Part shown: positions 26,136 through 39,436 of the stretch, piece by piece
How the letters are laid out: every line of letters begins with the position of its first letter
Position numbering within the stretch: position 1 is the stretch's first letter
DNA from: Callorhinchus milii
Taxonomy: Eukaryota
Reading direction: 5' to 3'
NCBI RefSeq assembly: GCF_018977255.1
Contig: NW_024704742.1
Span: forward strand, 82,710,001 to 82,774,000
Length of the DNA stretch: 64,000 nucleotides
Made by a program: the position numbers and the translations under genes
The notes under the pieces: generated by a model
The model's database searches: none
What the model saw: only the letters and a program-made list of their open reading frames with translations
Told to the model about the DNA's origin: nothing

Positions 26136-27109
26136 TCAGCCAGAAAGAACGACAGAAGCAATCAGCAAAGAGCTGGTGTGGAGAAATTGCAAATTGAATC
26201 CATGAAAGTGAATGGCATCTTGAAAACATTTTAAACGTTACACTATTCCAGTTCGCTTTGCGAAAATTTGCTTAAAATCGGACTTGCAAAGTGAATGGAT
26301 ACAAAGGTTTTACGCTGACCTGGCCTCATTCGGATCAGTTCACTCGCAGTCTCTTCATATTCAGGAAGCAGCTAAAAAAAGATGAGTAAGAAATGTGCAC
26401 AACTGTTTTCCAATCTTTTTCCCCTCTCCCTCCAATCCAGTCAACATGCCTATCAAAAGCGTTATTGGCTCTTCATTTGTTGGTTCTACATGAGTTAAGG
26501 GAAAATCAAATGTGCCTGAGATTCTCATCTACAAAGCAGTCTAACATTCAGGGTTAATGTAAGGTGACAATCGTATTGCAGCAATCTATGGCCACCCACA
26601 CTATGAGCTTGTAAACATATATGTCACAGCATTTAAATTGAATCCTTACGACAGCTGCCTAGAATGTATTCTTTTTTATACTGAGTCATTAAAATTGTAT
26701 TTCTTGAGTGTTTTCTTTTTAATGACAACTGACTTCAGCTTAGGAAGCAAAAAGGAGTATCAAGAATGATGGCTCTCTCTACTTATCCAGTCGTGCTCTC
26801 TGTTGCTGTCAGTGTTGTCAGTATTTTTATAGTCCCCACCAAGATGACACCCCGAGTAAAGGACACTAAGTAAATGCACATCTTTGGTGTTGCTGTTCCA
26901 GTCGTGACTGCAGAGGTGCTGCTATGTTTAGAAAATCCCTTTCTGTCTCTGGGAATTTGCTTTACATCAAATTCTGAGCAGAAGTGAAAGTTGCCTTCTC
27001 TGTAGTATTGAGTTTGCGTGTTTGGGAATGCTCTGTGTCATAGAGTGGAATGAGACGGGGGGGAAAGTAATCTAATAATGTGAAACAAAGGTGATAAGAG
27101 CTTGATAAG

Positions 27110-27505
27110 AAAGAACTTGCATTTTATTGTGTCAAACCGCTTCATAGTGCGTAATCACAAGTAGCCAAGCAAAGAGACTTTTTTGCAGGTAAATATGGCA
27201 TCCATATGATCCCACAAGCAGCAATAAGGCAAATCACAAAACATTCTGGAGTTTTTTTTTAACTCGGAAACTAGGAGAAACTCCCTCTATTCACGAATCA
27301 TATCATGGAATTTTTAACATCCACCTGTAAAAACTTTGCTTAACAACATCTTACAAACCTATTTTGAAAGATGGTACCTTTAACAGTGCAGCACACCCCC
27401 AGCAACGGAATGGAGTGTCAGCCTAGACTATGAGATCAAGTCCAGGTGTGGGGCTTGAACCCACAACCATCTCAACTAGAGGCAAATGTACCACTAGCTG
27501 AGCCA
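27110..27505 (-). mobile_element. Old Deu-domain SINE
   Basis: Head GGGCTTGAACCCACAACC and Deu-type block on the minus strand. Confidence 0.75.
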
Positions 27506-28541
27506 AAATGGATAAAGGAGTTACGAAGAAAGTCAAACCAAAGTCTTGTTTTCAACATGCATTTATCTCAGAGGCCCCTGTCCTAATAGAATCGTCCTAT
27601 TAGAATCAGGGGATTGATGATAGAAAGAGATGAATGAAAGTTTATGTGAATTGGATTGACTGGCAGCAGATTTATGTTTCAGTTAACAATTAAAGCGGCT
27701 TTAGCCTGCAGATCTCGAGGCTGATTTAATTTTGCTACTGGTTTTGCAGAATCTCTTGCCTTCATGTTACAGTTGTTTTGGTGCAGCTAAGAGCAAAGCT
27801 GTGCGCAGTGGGTGAAATGAGGTACTAATAAGATGCAAGGGATTAGTTTTATTAAATGTACACACCATGCTTGTAGACAGAACCCGAGTTAATCCAATTC
27901 ACTAATTATCTCTATTTGCATCTGCATAATTATCCAGTCCAATTCATCTCTTCCTTAGGTGCAAACAGGGGTTTGCAAGGCAAGACATCTGGGGCTGAAA
28001 CTATGAAGCCCAGGGCAATACATGTTTCAACATTGCAACAGGAATTCTGTCCAAACATTTGTAGAGTTAATGATGGAATTTGGAGAGTAAAATAAATTCC
28101 GTAGGGATTTTCTACCCAATATTAAAATACAATTTATCACTGTAAAAAAAAATACAATTTAATTGTTCCTCATTATTGGGTGAGTTGCGCACTGGGATAC
28201 ATTCATTCTGTGAAATCTGTTGTTTTAAGACTGCTTTAAGACCACCATCAAATTACGGCTGTTAACTATCAGCACAAACATGCTGCAGGCTGCTGTAGAG
28301 GAAGTAACATGGCAGTTTGCAAAACAGATACAGTGGGCAGCATAGTCTTTTCATTAAAAGGGTTTTTGGCTATCTTTCTTTCGCCGATACATTTCCTGTC
28401 TTACTAAAGCAAGTTCTATGTACAAATCTTACACCATCTCTTACCAGATCTCCCTCAACCACATACATCTTTTTGCACAAAAGGAACATTCCACATGGTT
28501 TCTTTACTGACCTTCAGAAGTGATAAGTCTATTGGAGGCAG

Positions 28542-30065
28542 GGCAACAAAATTATATTTGTATAGCGCCTTTCATGTCAAGAGGACATCCCAAGGCCCTG
28601 GACAAACAGAGCTTCGGATGTGGGGTAGACTGGCTTATTAAGGTGGAGTGTGCATCCATGGATGGTGATGCTGTCAGCGCCTGAGGTGAGGAGGTGCTGA
28701 CGGAAGCCAATCAGGAGAATGTCTTGTTGTCTTTCAACTGAAGAAAATTAGCTCTCATCCAGGACTTGATGTCCCACAGACATTCTGTCAGGCAGCAGTG
28801 GTCCTGGGGTCGAGGGTGGAGGCAGAGAGATAGAGTTGGGTGTCATCCGCATACATGTGGAAGTTGACTCCATGTCTGTGGGTGATGTCACCAAGAGGGA
28901 GCATGTAGATATTGAAGAGGAGGGGACCAAGGACAGAGCCTTGAGGAAAGTGCGGGCGGTAGAGGAGAAACAGTTTGTGGAGATGAAGTGGAGACAGTGT
29001 GAGAGGTACAATCTGAACCAGTCAAGGATAGAACCATGAAGGTTGAGGTGAGAGGAAAGGTGGTGGATGTGGATAGAGTGGTCGACGGTGTCGAAGGCAG
29101 CAGAGAGGTCAAGAAGGACGAGGAGGCAGAGGGAGCCCTGGTCGCAGATGGACAGAATGTCATTTGTCACTTTGACCAGGGTTGTTTCTGTGCTGTAGGC
29201 GGCACGGAAACCCATTTGGAGGGGTTCGTGAAGGGAGTGGCATGAGAGGAAGGAGCGAAGCTGGGAAGCAACAACTCATTCCAGGATCTGGAGTCCTGTA
29301 GCTCAACGGTTAGAGTGCTCGCCTTGTAAGCAAGAGACTTGGGTTTGATTCCCACCAGGGTGAAACCTTGGGTAAGTTTCCTTACTCCACACACCTGATA
29401 ATAATCAAACAATAATAATTTGGTCACTCAATCCACGACTGTTTGTGGGACACTGCTGTGTGCAATTGGCTGCCGCATTTCGCCCACAAATATACAATCA
29501 ATTCACTTCACAGTATATTCTGTGAAGTGATTTGAGATGTCTAGAAGACGTGGAAAGTGCTATATCAAAAATGCAAGTACCTTGGAGAGAAAAGGGAGGT
29601 TAGAGATGGGGCAGTAGTTTGGGAGAAGAGATGGGTCCAAGGAGGGATTTTTAAGGATAGGAGTAATCATAACGGTTTTTAATGGGGTGGGAACAGTACC
29701 AGTGGACAGCGAGACGTTTATGATGTCTGTGAGTAGAGGGGCAAGGAGGTGGAGCTGGGAGGTAAGGAAAGGGAGGGATGGGTTGAGGGAGCAGGTGGTC
29801 GGTTTTGTGCGGGTTATAGTGGTCATGAGAGAGGAGGGGGAGACAGGTTCAAAGGTGTGAAGGGAAGGATGGGCAGGGGCCGGGGTGGGAGGGGGAGATG
29901 GGGAGGGGTAGCAGATGGAATGGCAGAAGCAGCTGAGCGGATTCCCTCGACTTTGGATTCGAGGAGGTCCAGCATCGCCTCGCAGTTGGCATTTGAGGTG
30001 AGGATGGGTGAGGCGTGAGAGGATGGGCGGAGGAGCCGGTTCATGAGAAGAGGAGCCTGGGGTTG
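28542..30065 (-). mobile_element. Old L2 LINE (RT region), internally deleted and interrupted by a SINE
   Basis: [50 protein letters not shown]. The 3' tail is joined near 28600-28650 across a deletion. Confidence 0.92.
29290..29578 (+). mobile_element. tRNA-headed SINE, short form, inserted in L2
   Basis: Head GGAGTCCTGTAGCTCAACGG; the L2 sequence continues on both sides. Confidence 0.9.
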
Positions 30066-30584
30066 TCCTTAGCCTCCAAGATTGTCTTGGAGTAGAACGA
30101 CGATTTCGTGGAGGCAATCGTGGAGCAGTAAGCAGAGCTAACAGACTTGACTACTATGGATAAGAAAACATCTGGACTCAAGAAATCACAACGTATTGTA
30201 GTTTAGGACACCAGTTCAAATTTGCCAGGCCTTCGCCATTGAGGGGAATATTTCTGTTTCTTCAAACTCACAACGTTTGCCTTTCTGTTGTTTTTATGCA
30301 GATCCTCATAATGATGTGTGGTTAAGAGCAGTACTTTTGTGGCCTGATGTGTGATAAAGCTTTATTGACTCCATGAAAGTGCACCCAAGACAGTATCCAA
30401 CATTGTTCAGGACATTAGATAAATGCAAGTTGCTGTTATTCTGTAATGTTTTGCCCGCAGCTCAGATGTACCGTGTGGGAAATTTACAGGGGTGGTAGGG
30501 ATTTGGTGTTGCCAAATACACCATAAGGAAGTGTAGCCAGAGGGTGTGAATTCTAAGTGAAACAGCTTATGTGAACAAGCTAAC

Positions 30585-30978
30585 ATAATAATAATCCTTG
30601 CATTTGATATAGTGCCTTATAACATTGTTGAAACATTGTTGGGTTGACTGTATTATGGGGTGAAAATGTGGCAGCCAGTTGTGCATAGCAATGTCCCACA
30701 AATAGCCATGGAGTGAGTGACCAATTTTGTTTTATTTGGGAGATTTTTGGCGAGGACACTGGGAGAAACAACCTTTTTTCAAATAGTGCCTTGGGATCTG
30801 AATAGGAAGACGGAACCTTGGTTTAATGTCTCACCAAAGGACGGCACCTCCGACAATGCAACTCATCCCCAGTACTGTGTTGGAGTGTCATCTGAGACTA
30901 TATGAATCCAAGTCCCAATGTGGGGCTTGAACCCACAATCTCTGATTCAGAGGTGAAAATGCTGCTGCTGAGCCAAGC
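30585..30978 (-). mobile_element. Deu-domain SINE, full length
   Basis: Tail, Deu-type block (AAAGGACGGCACCTCCGACAATGCA) and head in order. Confidence 0.85.
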
Positions 30979-31451
30979 TAACACACAATACCAGTTAATA
31001 ATGCCAGTTCCCGTGAGGGTTGGATCACTCCGTGCTCCAGCCTTGGGAAAGTCCTCTCTCTTGCACCATTGCTAGGTCCCAAAGTTTTGTTCAACTCCCT
31101 AACTAACCTGTCTAGGTCACTCCCATTTGCTGGATGGTTGTAGGGAAGGTATGTACCTCCCCAGAATATCTGAGTACAAATGAAGCAGTGCAAAAAAAAT
31201 GAACTGGAATTAACTCTTGCAACATTTAGCCATCAGAATTTTGACCCTTGTGTGAGCAGTGAAAATACTGTTGTTAACAGCTTTATGTTATTTTCTACGA
31301 TAGCTGCTCATAAAATTGTAGGCCTTGTGCTAAATCCTATAAATTTCACGTAAGTGTTTCTAGAATCTCTCGGGTGTGTTATATATTGCCCTCTAATCCT
31401 TGAGATTTGCAAAAGGACTTGTAAAGAGTGAATCCTACATGGTCATAAACC

Positions 31452-31925
31452 CGCAGCTTGGCTCAGTTAGTTGTACTCGTGCGTCTGAGTCAGAAGGTTG
31501 TAAGTTCAAGCCCCAGTTCCCCACGGCATTTTGAGCTCACATATTCTAGGTTGATGCCACTAAACTGAGGTCCCGTCTGCCTGTTCAGGTGAACGTTAAA
31601 GATCTCATAAAATAGTAATTTTGCATTTGATATAGTGCCTTAACACGTCTTCTAGACATCTCAAAGCGCTTCACAGAATATACTGTAAAGTGTAATGACT
31701 GTGTGTTTTGTAGGAGAAATGCGGCAGCCAATTGTGCACAGCAGTGTCCTACACACATTCGTGGATTAAGTGACTGCATTATTATTTTTTTTAAGCAATT
31801 GTTACCCCCAGAAAGCGATCTGCCAATCGATTAACAAGCGGGTTCCTACTTACTGCTAGGTAAACAGAAGTGTGTGTGTGTATGTGTGTGTGGAGTAAGG
31901 AAACTTGCCTAAGGTTTCAACCTGA
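31452..31925. mobile_element. Deu-SINE 5' fragment (+, to about 31606) abutting a long-form tRNA SINE (-, 31610-31925)
   Basis: Motif matches to the copies above; (TG)n expansion inside the second element. Confidence 0.8.
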
Positions 31926-31939
31926 TCCACTCAAGAGAG

Positions 31940-32045
31940 TGTACGGGAGAGTGTGAGAGAGAAACAGAGAGAATGTGAGCACGTGAAAATGAATGTGTGA
32001 GAATGACTTAGAGAGACTGAGAGAGAGAGAGAGAGAGAGTGAGTC

Positions 32046-32075
<30 letters not shown>
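31940..32075. repeat. (GA)n microsatellite and flanking low-complexity DNA
   Basis: Visible repeat. Confidence 0.9.
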
Positions 32076-32076
<1 letters not shown>

Positions 32077-32204
32077 AATGGCTCTATTTCAAAAAGAAAA
32101 AGGAGTTTCTCAAATCAGCTGCCATATTTTCCAATATAATACACAGGTATTGTACAGTGAATCCTATAAAGTGCTTTGAAACGTCCTCATGATTTGAGAA
32201 GTTT

Positions 32205-32980
32205 TAACTTTCTTCAATTAAATGTAGAGAAGAAACTCGCCTACTTGACTCCCATCAGCTCCTTCTCACCTCAGTCACTGGCAGCATTAACCTGCATGAA
32301 TGCTCACTCCACCATATTTGGGCGTCTACTTATTTGGGTTTTCCCGCTCCATAACGTTGCTCGTTTCCATCAATACCTCTTCCTCCAGGCCCAGACCACG
32401 CCTTACCCTTCTCCCTCTCTGTTAGTCCTTAAAAGCCTCTCCCTCCAACGTGTCCCAATTCTGATGAGGAGGTCGTGGACCCGAAATGTTGACTCACTTT
32501 CCTTTCTCCATAAATGCAGCCTGACCTGCTGAGTATTCCCAGCGACCTTCTGTTTTTGTTTCAGATTTATAGAATCTGCAGTATTTTGCGTTTTATTCAT
32601 GGCTTAATCATGTCCAGGGTTGATTACGCCAATCTCTCCACCATCTCGCCCCACCCTTCCTCTGCGACCTCCTGTAACCCTACTGACCCAGCCACTCCTT
32701 CCACTTATTGAACACTGCTTCATGTCACGCTCTATTCACCCCACCATCGGCGGGTGGGCTTTCAGCCATTCTCCCTCCATTCGGTGGAACTCCATCCCAG
32801 AATTCTTCCAAATCCATCCAACATTCAAAGCCAGTCTCAGGATGTACCTCTTTCATGGTGTTTCCGGTCATCTTTAGCTGCCACACCTTCTTCTACTCTC
32901 CCCCTCTTCCCCCAGCTTGGGTACCAGCAATGTTAAAAGGGTCCTCCCGACGTGAAAGGCCATATAAAAATATACATTGT
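32205..32980 (+). mobile_element. Highly decayed L2 3' region
   Basis: NFLQLNVEK, SRVDYAN, HPTIGG.AFS, L2 terminal hairpin. Confidence 0.75.
32420..32597 (+). mobile_element. Penelope-type terminal-repeat relic with a decayed hammerhead core
   Basis: CTGATGA-GGA-GGTC.GTG.GACC-C-GAAA-TGTT followed by GCCTGACCTGCTGAGTATTCCCAGC..TTTCAGATTT..TCTGCAG, which I recognise as an abundant chondrichthyan repeat. Confidence 0.65.
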
Positions 32981-33459
32981 ACTGAAATTCTCTTTTCCTA
33001 GGTTGTTTTTTTCTTGTTTTTCTCATTTGTTTCCCAAGCCATGAACTGCCTTCAGCAATGCTTACTGACACTGAATCATGAATAGATGCAATATAAATCA
33101 AGACAGAGCCAGCATGAATTAGAGGAATGAGCTCTGAGCAACCATTAGGCAAGCTCGGGCAATCATCCAGGTTGCTCTCCTCTGTACCACCTCTAGGGCT
33201 TGGGCAATCCCTTCATGTTGCAGTGATCAGAACTACGTGCTATACTCTAAGTGCCATCTGACCACAGCACTGTATAGCATGAGTATAACATTTGGAGATA
33301 TAAACTTAACTATCATTGTGGGAGCGATGAGCTGTGAGCAACAATCAGACAAACTCGGGTTTTTCATTCTTGAGAGACGATGACTCAGAGGGGACCTCAT
33401 AGAGGTGTACAGTGGGATTGAGATCGGATCGTCCAAAAGGCTTTCTTCATGCAAACCAA

Positions 33460-33970
33460 TCTTGTGATTTCAACCAGGACAACAGTTGGGAGGCTACAAT
33501 TGGCCTCATTTCCCCTTGGTTAGAGCGTAAAATATTAGCCATTGTCTCTGCTCCTGATAGCGATTGAGAAACCAATGTGTCTGGACATGAGCTGAGTAAG
33601 GGACCGTGTTGATTTACAATATAATAATAGTAATCATCCTTGCATTTGATACAGCGCCTTATCACATCTTCGAGACATCTCAAAGCGCTTCACAGAAGTA
33701 AAGTGAATTGACTGTATATTTTGTGGGCAAAATACAGCAGCCAGTTGCGCACAGCAGTGTCCCACAAACAGTCATGGATCGAGTGACCAATTTTTATTAT
33801 TATTATTTTTCTTTGAAGGAATTATTACTCCCGGAAAAGTGATCCGCCAATCACTAACAACCGGGTTTCTACTTACTGCTTGGTCGATACGGTCGAATAG
33901 CTTGCCAACTCTCACTGTTAAGTATCAAACAGGAATAATGGCAACTTGGGCAATGTGGCAGCAGAAGGAG
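33460..33970 (+). mobile_element. AmnSINE2-like relic split by a minus-strand long-form SINE (33620-33880)
   Basis: GCTACAATTGGCCTCA..GCTCCTGATAGC before the insert and ACGGTCGAATAGCTTGCCAACTCTCACTGT..AATGGCAACTTGGGC after it. Confidence 0.6.
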
Positions 33971-34544
33971 GAGGGAAGAAAATTAATGGAGAAAAATGGT
34001 AGTGTTTATCAAGGTAGTGAAAAAAAAATGAGCCTGGCATCTTGAGTCCAAACAGGTAAGGAACTGTTCCAACAAGCCAGCTGTTTTTTTTTCTATTTGA
34101 AATGCACAAGGAATAAATCAGTGCTTCCTAACAAATACACATTCTTCATAAGAGTGTGCCTTTGATCTAGCACGTACACTTGACAATATCTATTTTTTTT
34201 TACATTTATTGGTTGTGCATATTGTGACCTTAGGATGTAAAGCTACCCTGCACAATCTTCGACCAGAAATTTGGCCGTCAACCTGGTTGTAGATATGCCG
34301 ACGTCTCTCGAATGAATTCCGGAGCTGTATTTTGTGCACAGTTAGGGGCAGGCCTGGCTGGCTCTGGGCCAACTCATAGGAGCACCACTGGAAAAGGACA
34401 ACCAATGAATCAATAGCTTAATGTGGTACTGACTGTGTCACTGCTACAGATAAGCAACAACTCCACTGACTGACAGTGGCAGCAACAACGAATGACCCGA
34501 TCGGCAGGGAACAACAAATACTTGAAGGTTTCAGGCGAAAAGGA

Positions 34545-35027
34545 ACTGGAGCCATCACCTCCATGAAATCCACCAACTGCTGCCTCGACCACCTCCCCAC
34601 CAAGTTGCTGGTCACCCAGCTCCCCCTCTTCTGCCCACTACTGGCTAATGTCATCAACCAGTCGCTCTCCTCCATTTCAGTCCCAGCCCCCCTCAAAACT
34701 GCTGTCATCACCCCCCTCCTCAAAAAACCTTCCCGAGATCCCTCAAACCCCAGCCATTACCGCCCCATTTCTAACCTGCCCTTCCTCGCAAAAGTCCTAG
34801 AATGCGTTGTTGCCAATCAACTTCGCGCACACCTCAACTCCCACTCCCTCTTCGAAACCCTCCAGTCCGGTTTCCGCCCTGTCCACAATACAGAGACTGC
34901 GCTTGTGAAAGTCTCAAACGACATCCTCTCTATCTGGGACCAGGGCTCCCTCTGCCTCCTTGTCCTCCTGGACCTCTCCGCCGTCCGGCATGGAGGGCGC
35001 TATTTAAATCAAAGTTGTTGTTGTTGT
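34545..35027 (+). mobile_element. L2 RT fragment fused directly to an L2 3' terminus
   Basis: Open frame [39 protein letters not shown], then GGAGGGCGCTATTTAAATCAAAG(TTG)n. Confidence 0.9.
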
Positions 35028-35223
35028 ATCCAATGATCCTTCATCGCATCCTGAAATTCTTCAGTATTAGGGGATATATTCGGTGTCTTTGTGTCGACGA
35101 GTCACATAGGTAAGTATGGCTGCTAGCAACAGTTAATTTAGTCTCATAGCGAAGTTAAATGCCTGGAAAAAGCTGTGTGCAATATAAATTCAGTTCTGGG
35201 TTCAATGAGACTCCACAGATTAT

Positions 35224-35935
35224 AATAATGACCCTTGCATTTGACATAGCGTCTTAACATGTCTCTGAGGCATCTCAAAGCGCTTCACAGAATATACTGT
35301 AAAGTAAATAATAATCCTTGCATTTGATATAGCGCTTTTCACGTCGGGAGGACGTCCCAAAGCGCTTCACAGAACACACTGTAAAGTGAATTGACTGTAT
35401 ATTTGTGGGCGAACGCGGCAGCCAATTGCGCACAGCAATGTCCCACAAACAGTCGTAGATTGAAAATGACCAATTTATTATTGTTTTTGGTTTTGGAGGG
35501 ATTATTATTAGGCTCTGTGTGGAGTAAGGAAACTTGCCCAAGGTTTCGCCCTCTGCCTGGAAATAAACTCAGGTCTCTCACTTGCAAAGCGAGTGCTCTA
35601 ACCACTGAGCTACAGGACTCCTCAAATAAAGTGAATTGACTGTATTTGTGGGTGAAACGCTGCACCCAATTGTGCTCAGCAATGTCCCACAAGCAGCCGT
35701 GAATTGAATACCAATTTTTTTTTTAATTTTTAATTTTTTGAAGGAATTATTAACCCCAGAAAAGCGATCTGGCAATTACCAGTACTGGTAATCCAGTAGG
35801 TGATCTTCCTATTTCCTCTAGTTAAACAGAGGCATTGGAGTAAGGAAACTTGCCCAACGTTTGCCCTGCCAGGAATTGAACCCAAGTCTTCTCGCTTGCG
35901 AGGCGAGTGCTCTAACCGCAAAACTGCAGGACTCC
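35224..35935 (-). mobile_element. Long-form SINE containing a young short-form SINE (35306-35620)
   Basis: TSD TAAAGT at 35300-35305 and 35627-35632; the inner copy is near identical to 15461-15786. Confidence 0.92.
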
Positions 35936-36514
35936 AGATTGAGCAGAGAGACTGAGGCCCAACTTCCTTTACATTGCTTGATGTCTGGAATTGTACATTG
36001 TCAGACATCACTGCCTTCAAGCTACTTGCCCTAGTAGAACGTATACTATTGTGCTAAAGTCACTTTCCCGCACCCACAAAATTACAAAGAGCACTGCCAG
36101 GAAGCAAAATGTCCCTAACAATAATAGTAATACTTGCATTTAGTGTAGCACCTTTCATGTCAGACTGACATCCGAAAGTGCTTCACAGTCCACTTTTGTG
36201 AAGTGGAGTCACTGTTTTGTGGGTGAAAAAGTGTGTGTGTTTTTATCCTGAGGACAAAAGCGCCAGCTGACTACGCAGCTTCTTTTGTTAAACGTCTATC
36301 ATGTTTGAAACATGAATGCAGATTTTAATATGGACTGGCTGACGGGTCACAGATATACAGCATCTCAGGAACTCAGTCATTGTAGTGAAATTTAGTAAAT
36401 AGAGCCCCAGGGTCACAGAGTTGTTTTTGTATCTATACAAATGGGTCACCATGTTTAGGTGAAGGGATTCACTGTCCTGAACACCTGAAAAGTTAAAAAT
36501 GCTAAATCATCTAA

Positions 36515-37500
36515 ATAATTCTAATCCTTGCATTCTTTGTAGCACCTATAACGTTGAAAGGTCTCAAAGCTGTTCACAGATAATTACTGTCAGGTTTAGT
36601 GAGTGTATTTATAGACAAACGCATTAGCCAATTTGCATACAGCAGGTCTCACAAACAGCCATGAAGTCAATAATGATAATAATAATAATAATCCTTGCAT
36701 TTTATATAGCGCATTATCACATCTTCGAGATGTCTCAAAGCGCTTCACAGAATGCACTGTAAAGTGAATTGACTATATTTTTTGGACAAAACGTGGCAGC
36801 CAATTGCGCACAGCAGTGTCCCACAAACAATCGTGCATTGAACAACCAAATTATTATTTTAATACTAGTGGATTTTCATACGAGTGTATTTCATGTGGCC
36901 TGTTTGTAGGCAAATGCAGCAGGCAGTTTTGATCACAGCGACGTCCCACAAACAGCCATGAGGGGAACGGGGTGATTTTCAAGAGTTCTGAGATGCTGCC
37001 CTGCGTGAGGGGTGCTACATGAATACAACTTGTTGCTGTTTTAACATCCCCCTGAACGGGCACAGAAGGAACCTTTATTTTAAGCTTCCATTTGAAGTAT
37101 GGAGTCTCTGACAATATGGTGCTCTCTACCCCCAGCGCTGATGCTGGAATCTCAGCCTCAGACCATGAGCTCGAAGATCAATTTTATCTGTGAGTTTGTT
37201 GGCCTGGATACAGGGATTCCCGGGCAGTGCGAAACCTCAGGCAAGTTTCCTTATTCCTAATAACCATGTTCCTACTGAAAACGGTTATTAGTCGATTGGC
37301 AGACAACTTTCCGGGGGTAATAATCCCTTAAAATTTTGGTCATTCAATCCACAATTGTTTGTGATACGCTGCTGTGCGCAATTGGCTGCCACATTTCGCG
37401 ACAAAATATTCAGTCAATTTAGTTGACAGTATATTCTGTGAAGCGTTTTGAGGCGTCTTAAAAATGTGATAAGGCTCTATATCAAATGCCAGGTATTTTG
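36515..37500. mobile_element. Cluster of SINE fragments: minus-strand 3' halves, Deu fragment, plus-strand long form at 37205-37500
   Basis: Repeated tail and body motifs. Confidence 0.8.
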
Positions 37501-38029
37501 CGCAGTCAGGACTTCAAGAGTTCAGTTCAAGTCTCAGTCAAGGCTGAAGGGAACAGCAGATGAGTCTATCACTTCAGTTAAGGAACATTGTTACAACAGA
37601 ATTACAACTTCTTTTCTGTCTGAACTCTTGTAACTCAGTCAATTGAATATGAAGTATTAGAACACATAACAATATCAGCAACCTTCTCATTTAAATGGCA
37701 TCACTGCACCTACCATGCCAGGATCTTATGCTCACATTCCCTTTCATTTTTCACACTTCTGTTTCTGTTCTGTCAAGTGGGTTTGTGAAAGGCAACAGCT
37801 CTGTGAGACCTAATTATTGGGAATGAAATAATCCAAATGGTTTAAACCAGCTTCCCATTTATTTATTTTGCATTCCAGGTTTTGCTAATGACTTTTTCCA
37901 GCACTATAGCCTGGGCATCTCACAGACAACTGGACGTGCTTAATTGTATTAAAACAACACCAATACGTAATGTTTAGTGACTGTCCTCCTTGTTGGGGTG
38001 GGGTGGTGAGTGGGGGAGGGAATCAGGGT

Positions 38030-38295
38030 CTGCCTGGAGCTGAGCTGGCTCCTCAGAGACATGCTTCGCAATAGAAAGTCAGAATCGATGCATCTCTCTA
38101 CAGTGGCCTTGGTAGTCTGCTTCCTGTGCCAGGCAGGCCAACAGTATTCCAGTTGAAAGCAGACCAGCCAGCCTGACTCACCAGGGGTATTGGAAGGGCA
38201 TAATGGTTACTGGGAACAGCAAATCTTCCCACTTGTCTCTTATTAGCCCTGCAAGCCAAGGCCCTAACAGAGTGTCCTCGCTGAACAAGCAGCCT
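38030..38295 (+). repeat. Unclassified repeat X, copy 2
   Basis: GACATGCTT..GTCAGAATCGA..GTAGTCTG.TTCCTG..CAGCCAGCCTG.CTCA..GCAAGCCAAGGCC shared with 7118-7380. Confidence 0.65.
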
Positions 38296-38517
38296 ACAAG
38301 GACACAGTCACTAGACTTCACAGCAAAATCTGGTGAAACACTTTGAAATGTCTCAACAACATGATAAGTGCTATATCAAATGCAATTTATAAAAATTTTT
38401 TTAAAAAAAGTATCATATCATATTTTTAAATGTATTATGTGGTTTCCCCTAGAGTAGTGGTTAACAAGCTTGTGTCACAAGGAAGAGGACCCGGGTTCAA
38501 TTTCCAGTTGAGGCGAA

Positions 38518-39425
38518 ACAACAACAACAATTTGCACTTATATAGCGCCCTCCACGAAGATAGCATCTCAGAGCGCTTAAAAATGAAGGAACCTGACTCT
38601 GAGCCGGGGGGAGGTGAGAGGTGGCCGTAAGCAAGGTCGAAGAAGAAAGTTTTCAGGCGGGATTTAAAAGAGGGGAGAGAGGGGGCAAGGTGGAGGGATT
38701 GAGGAAGAGTGTTCCAGAGTTTTGGAGAGCAGTGGCTGAAAGCACGATGTCAGATGTCAGATGGTGCGGCAGAGGGTGCAAGGGACGAGCAGCAGTCTGG
38801 TACTAGTCGAGCAGAGGCGCTGGGTGATGGATTGGAGAGTGAGGAGGTCGGAGAGGTAGGGAGGTGCCAGGGGTGAATGGATTTGAACATGAGTGTGAGG
38901 ATCTTAAAGTCGATCCATTCAGTGGTGAGGAGCCAGTAGAGCCTGACCAGAACTGGTGAGATGTGGGTACGGAGTTTGGTCCGGGTCAGTATGCACGCGG
39001 CAGAGTTGAATGAGCTGGATCTTGTGAAAGGTGAAGCTGGGGAGACCGGCAAGAAGTGTGTTGGAGTAATCCAAATGGGAGGCGAAAAACGCATGCACGA
39101 GGGTTTTAGCTGCATTTGGGGTAAGGTACGGTCAGGTGCGGGCAATGTGGTGGAGGTGGAAGAAGGCGGGCCTAGTCAGGGACTGGATGTGGGGGAGGAA
39201 GGACAGTTGGGGTTCTAACCAGATGCCTAGATTGGTCACTGGTTTGGTGAGTCTGAGGGAGAGTCCAGGGAGATTGAAGAGTTAAATCTGCAAGATGAAG
39301 ACGTTGACGGGAGCCAAGGAGTATGGGTTTCATCTTGTCCATATTCAGCTGCAGGAAGTTTACACTAACTCAACCTTCGATATCTGTCAGACAAGCTGAC
39401 AGAACATCGGTGGATCTGGCGTTGG
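38518..39425 (-). mobile_element. L2 LINE, second subfamily, 3' part
   Basis: NSAA.ILTRTK..HISPVL.RL.WL..IDFKIL; distinct 3' UTR and terminus shared with 48372-48787 and 57215-57417. Confidence 0.9.
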
Positions 39426-39436
39426 TACTGGAAAAA

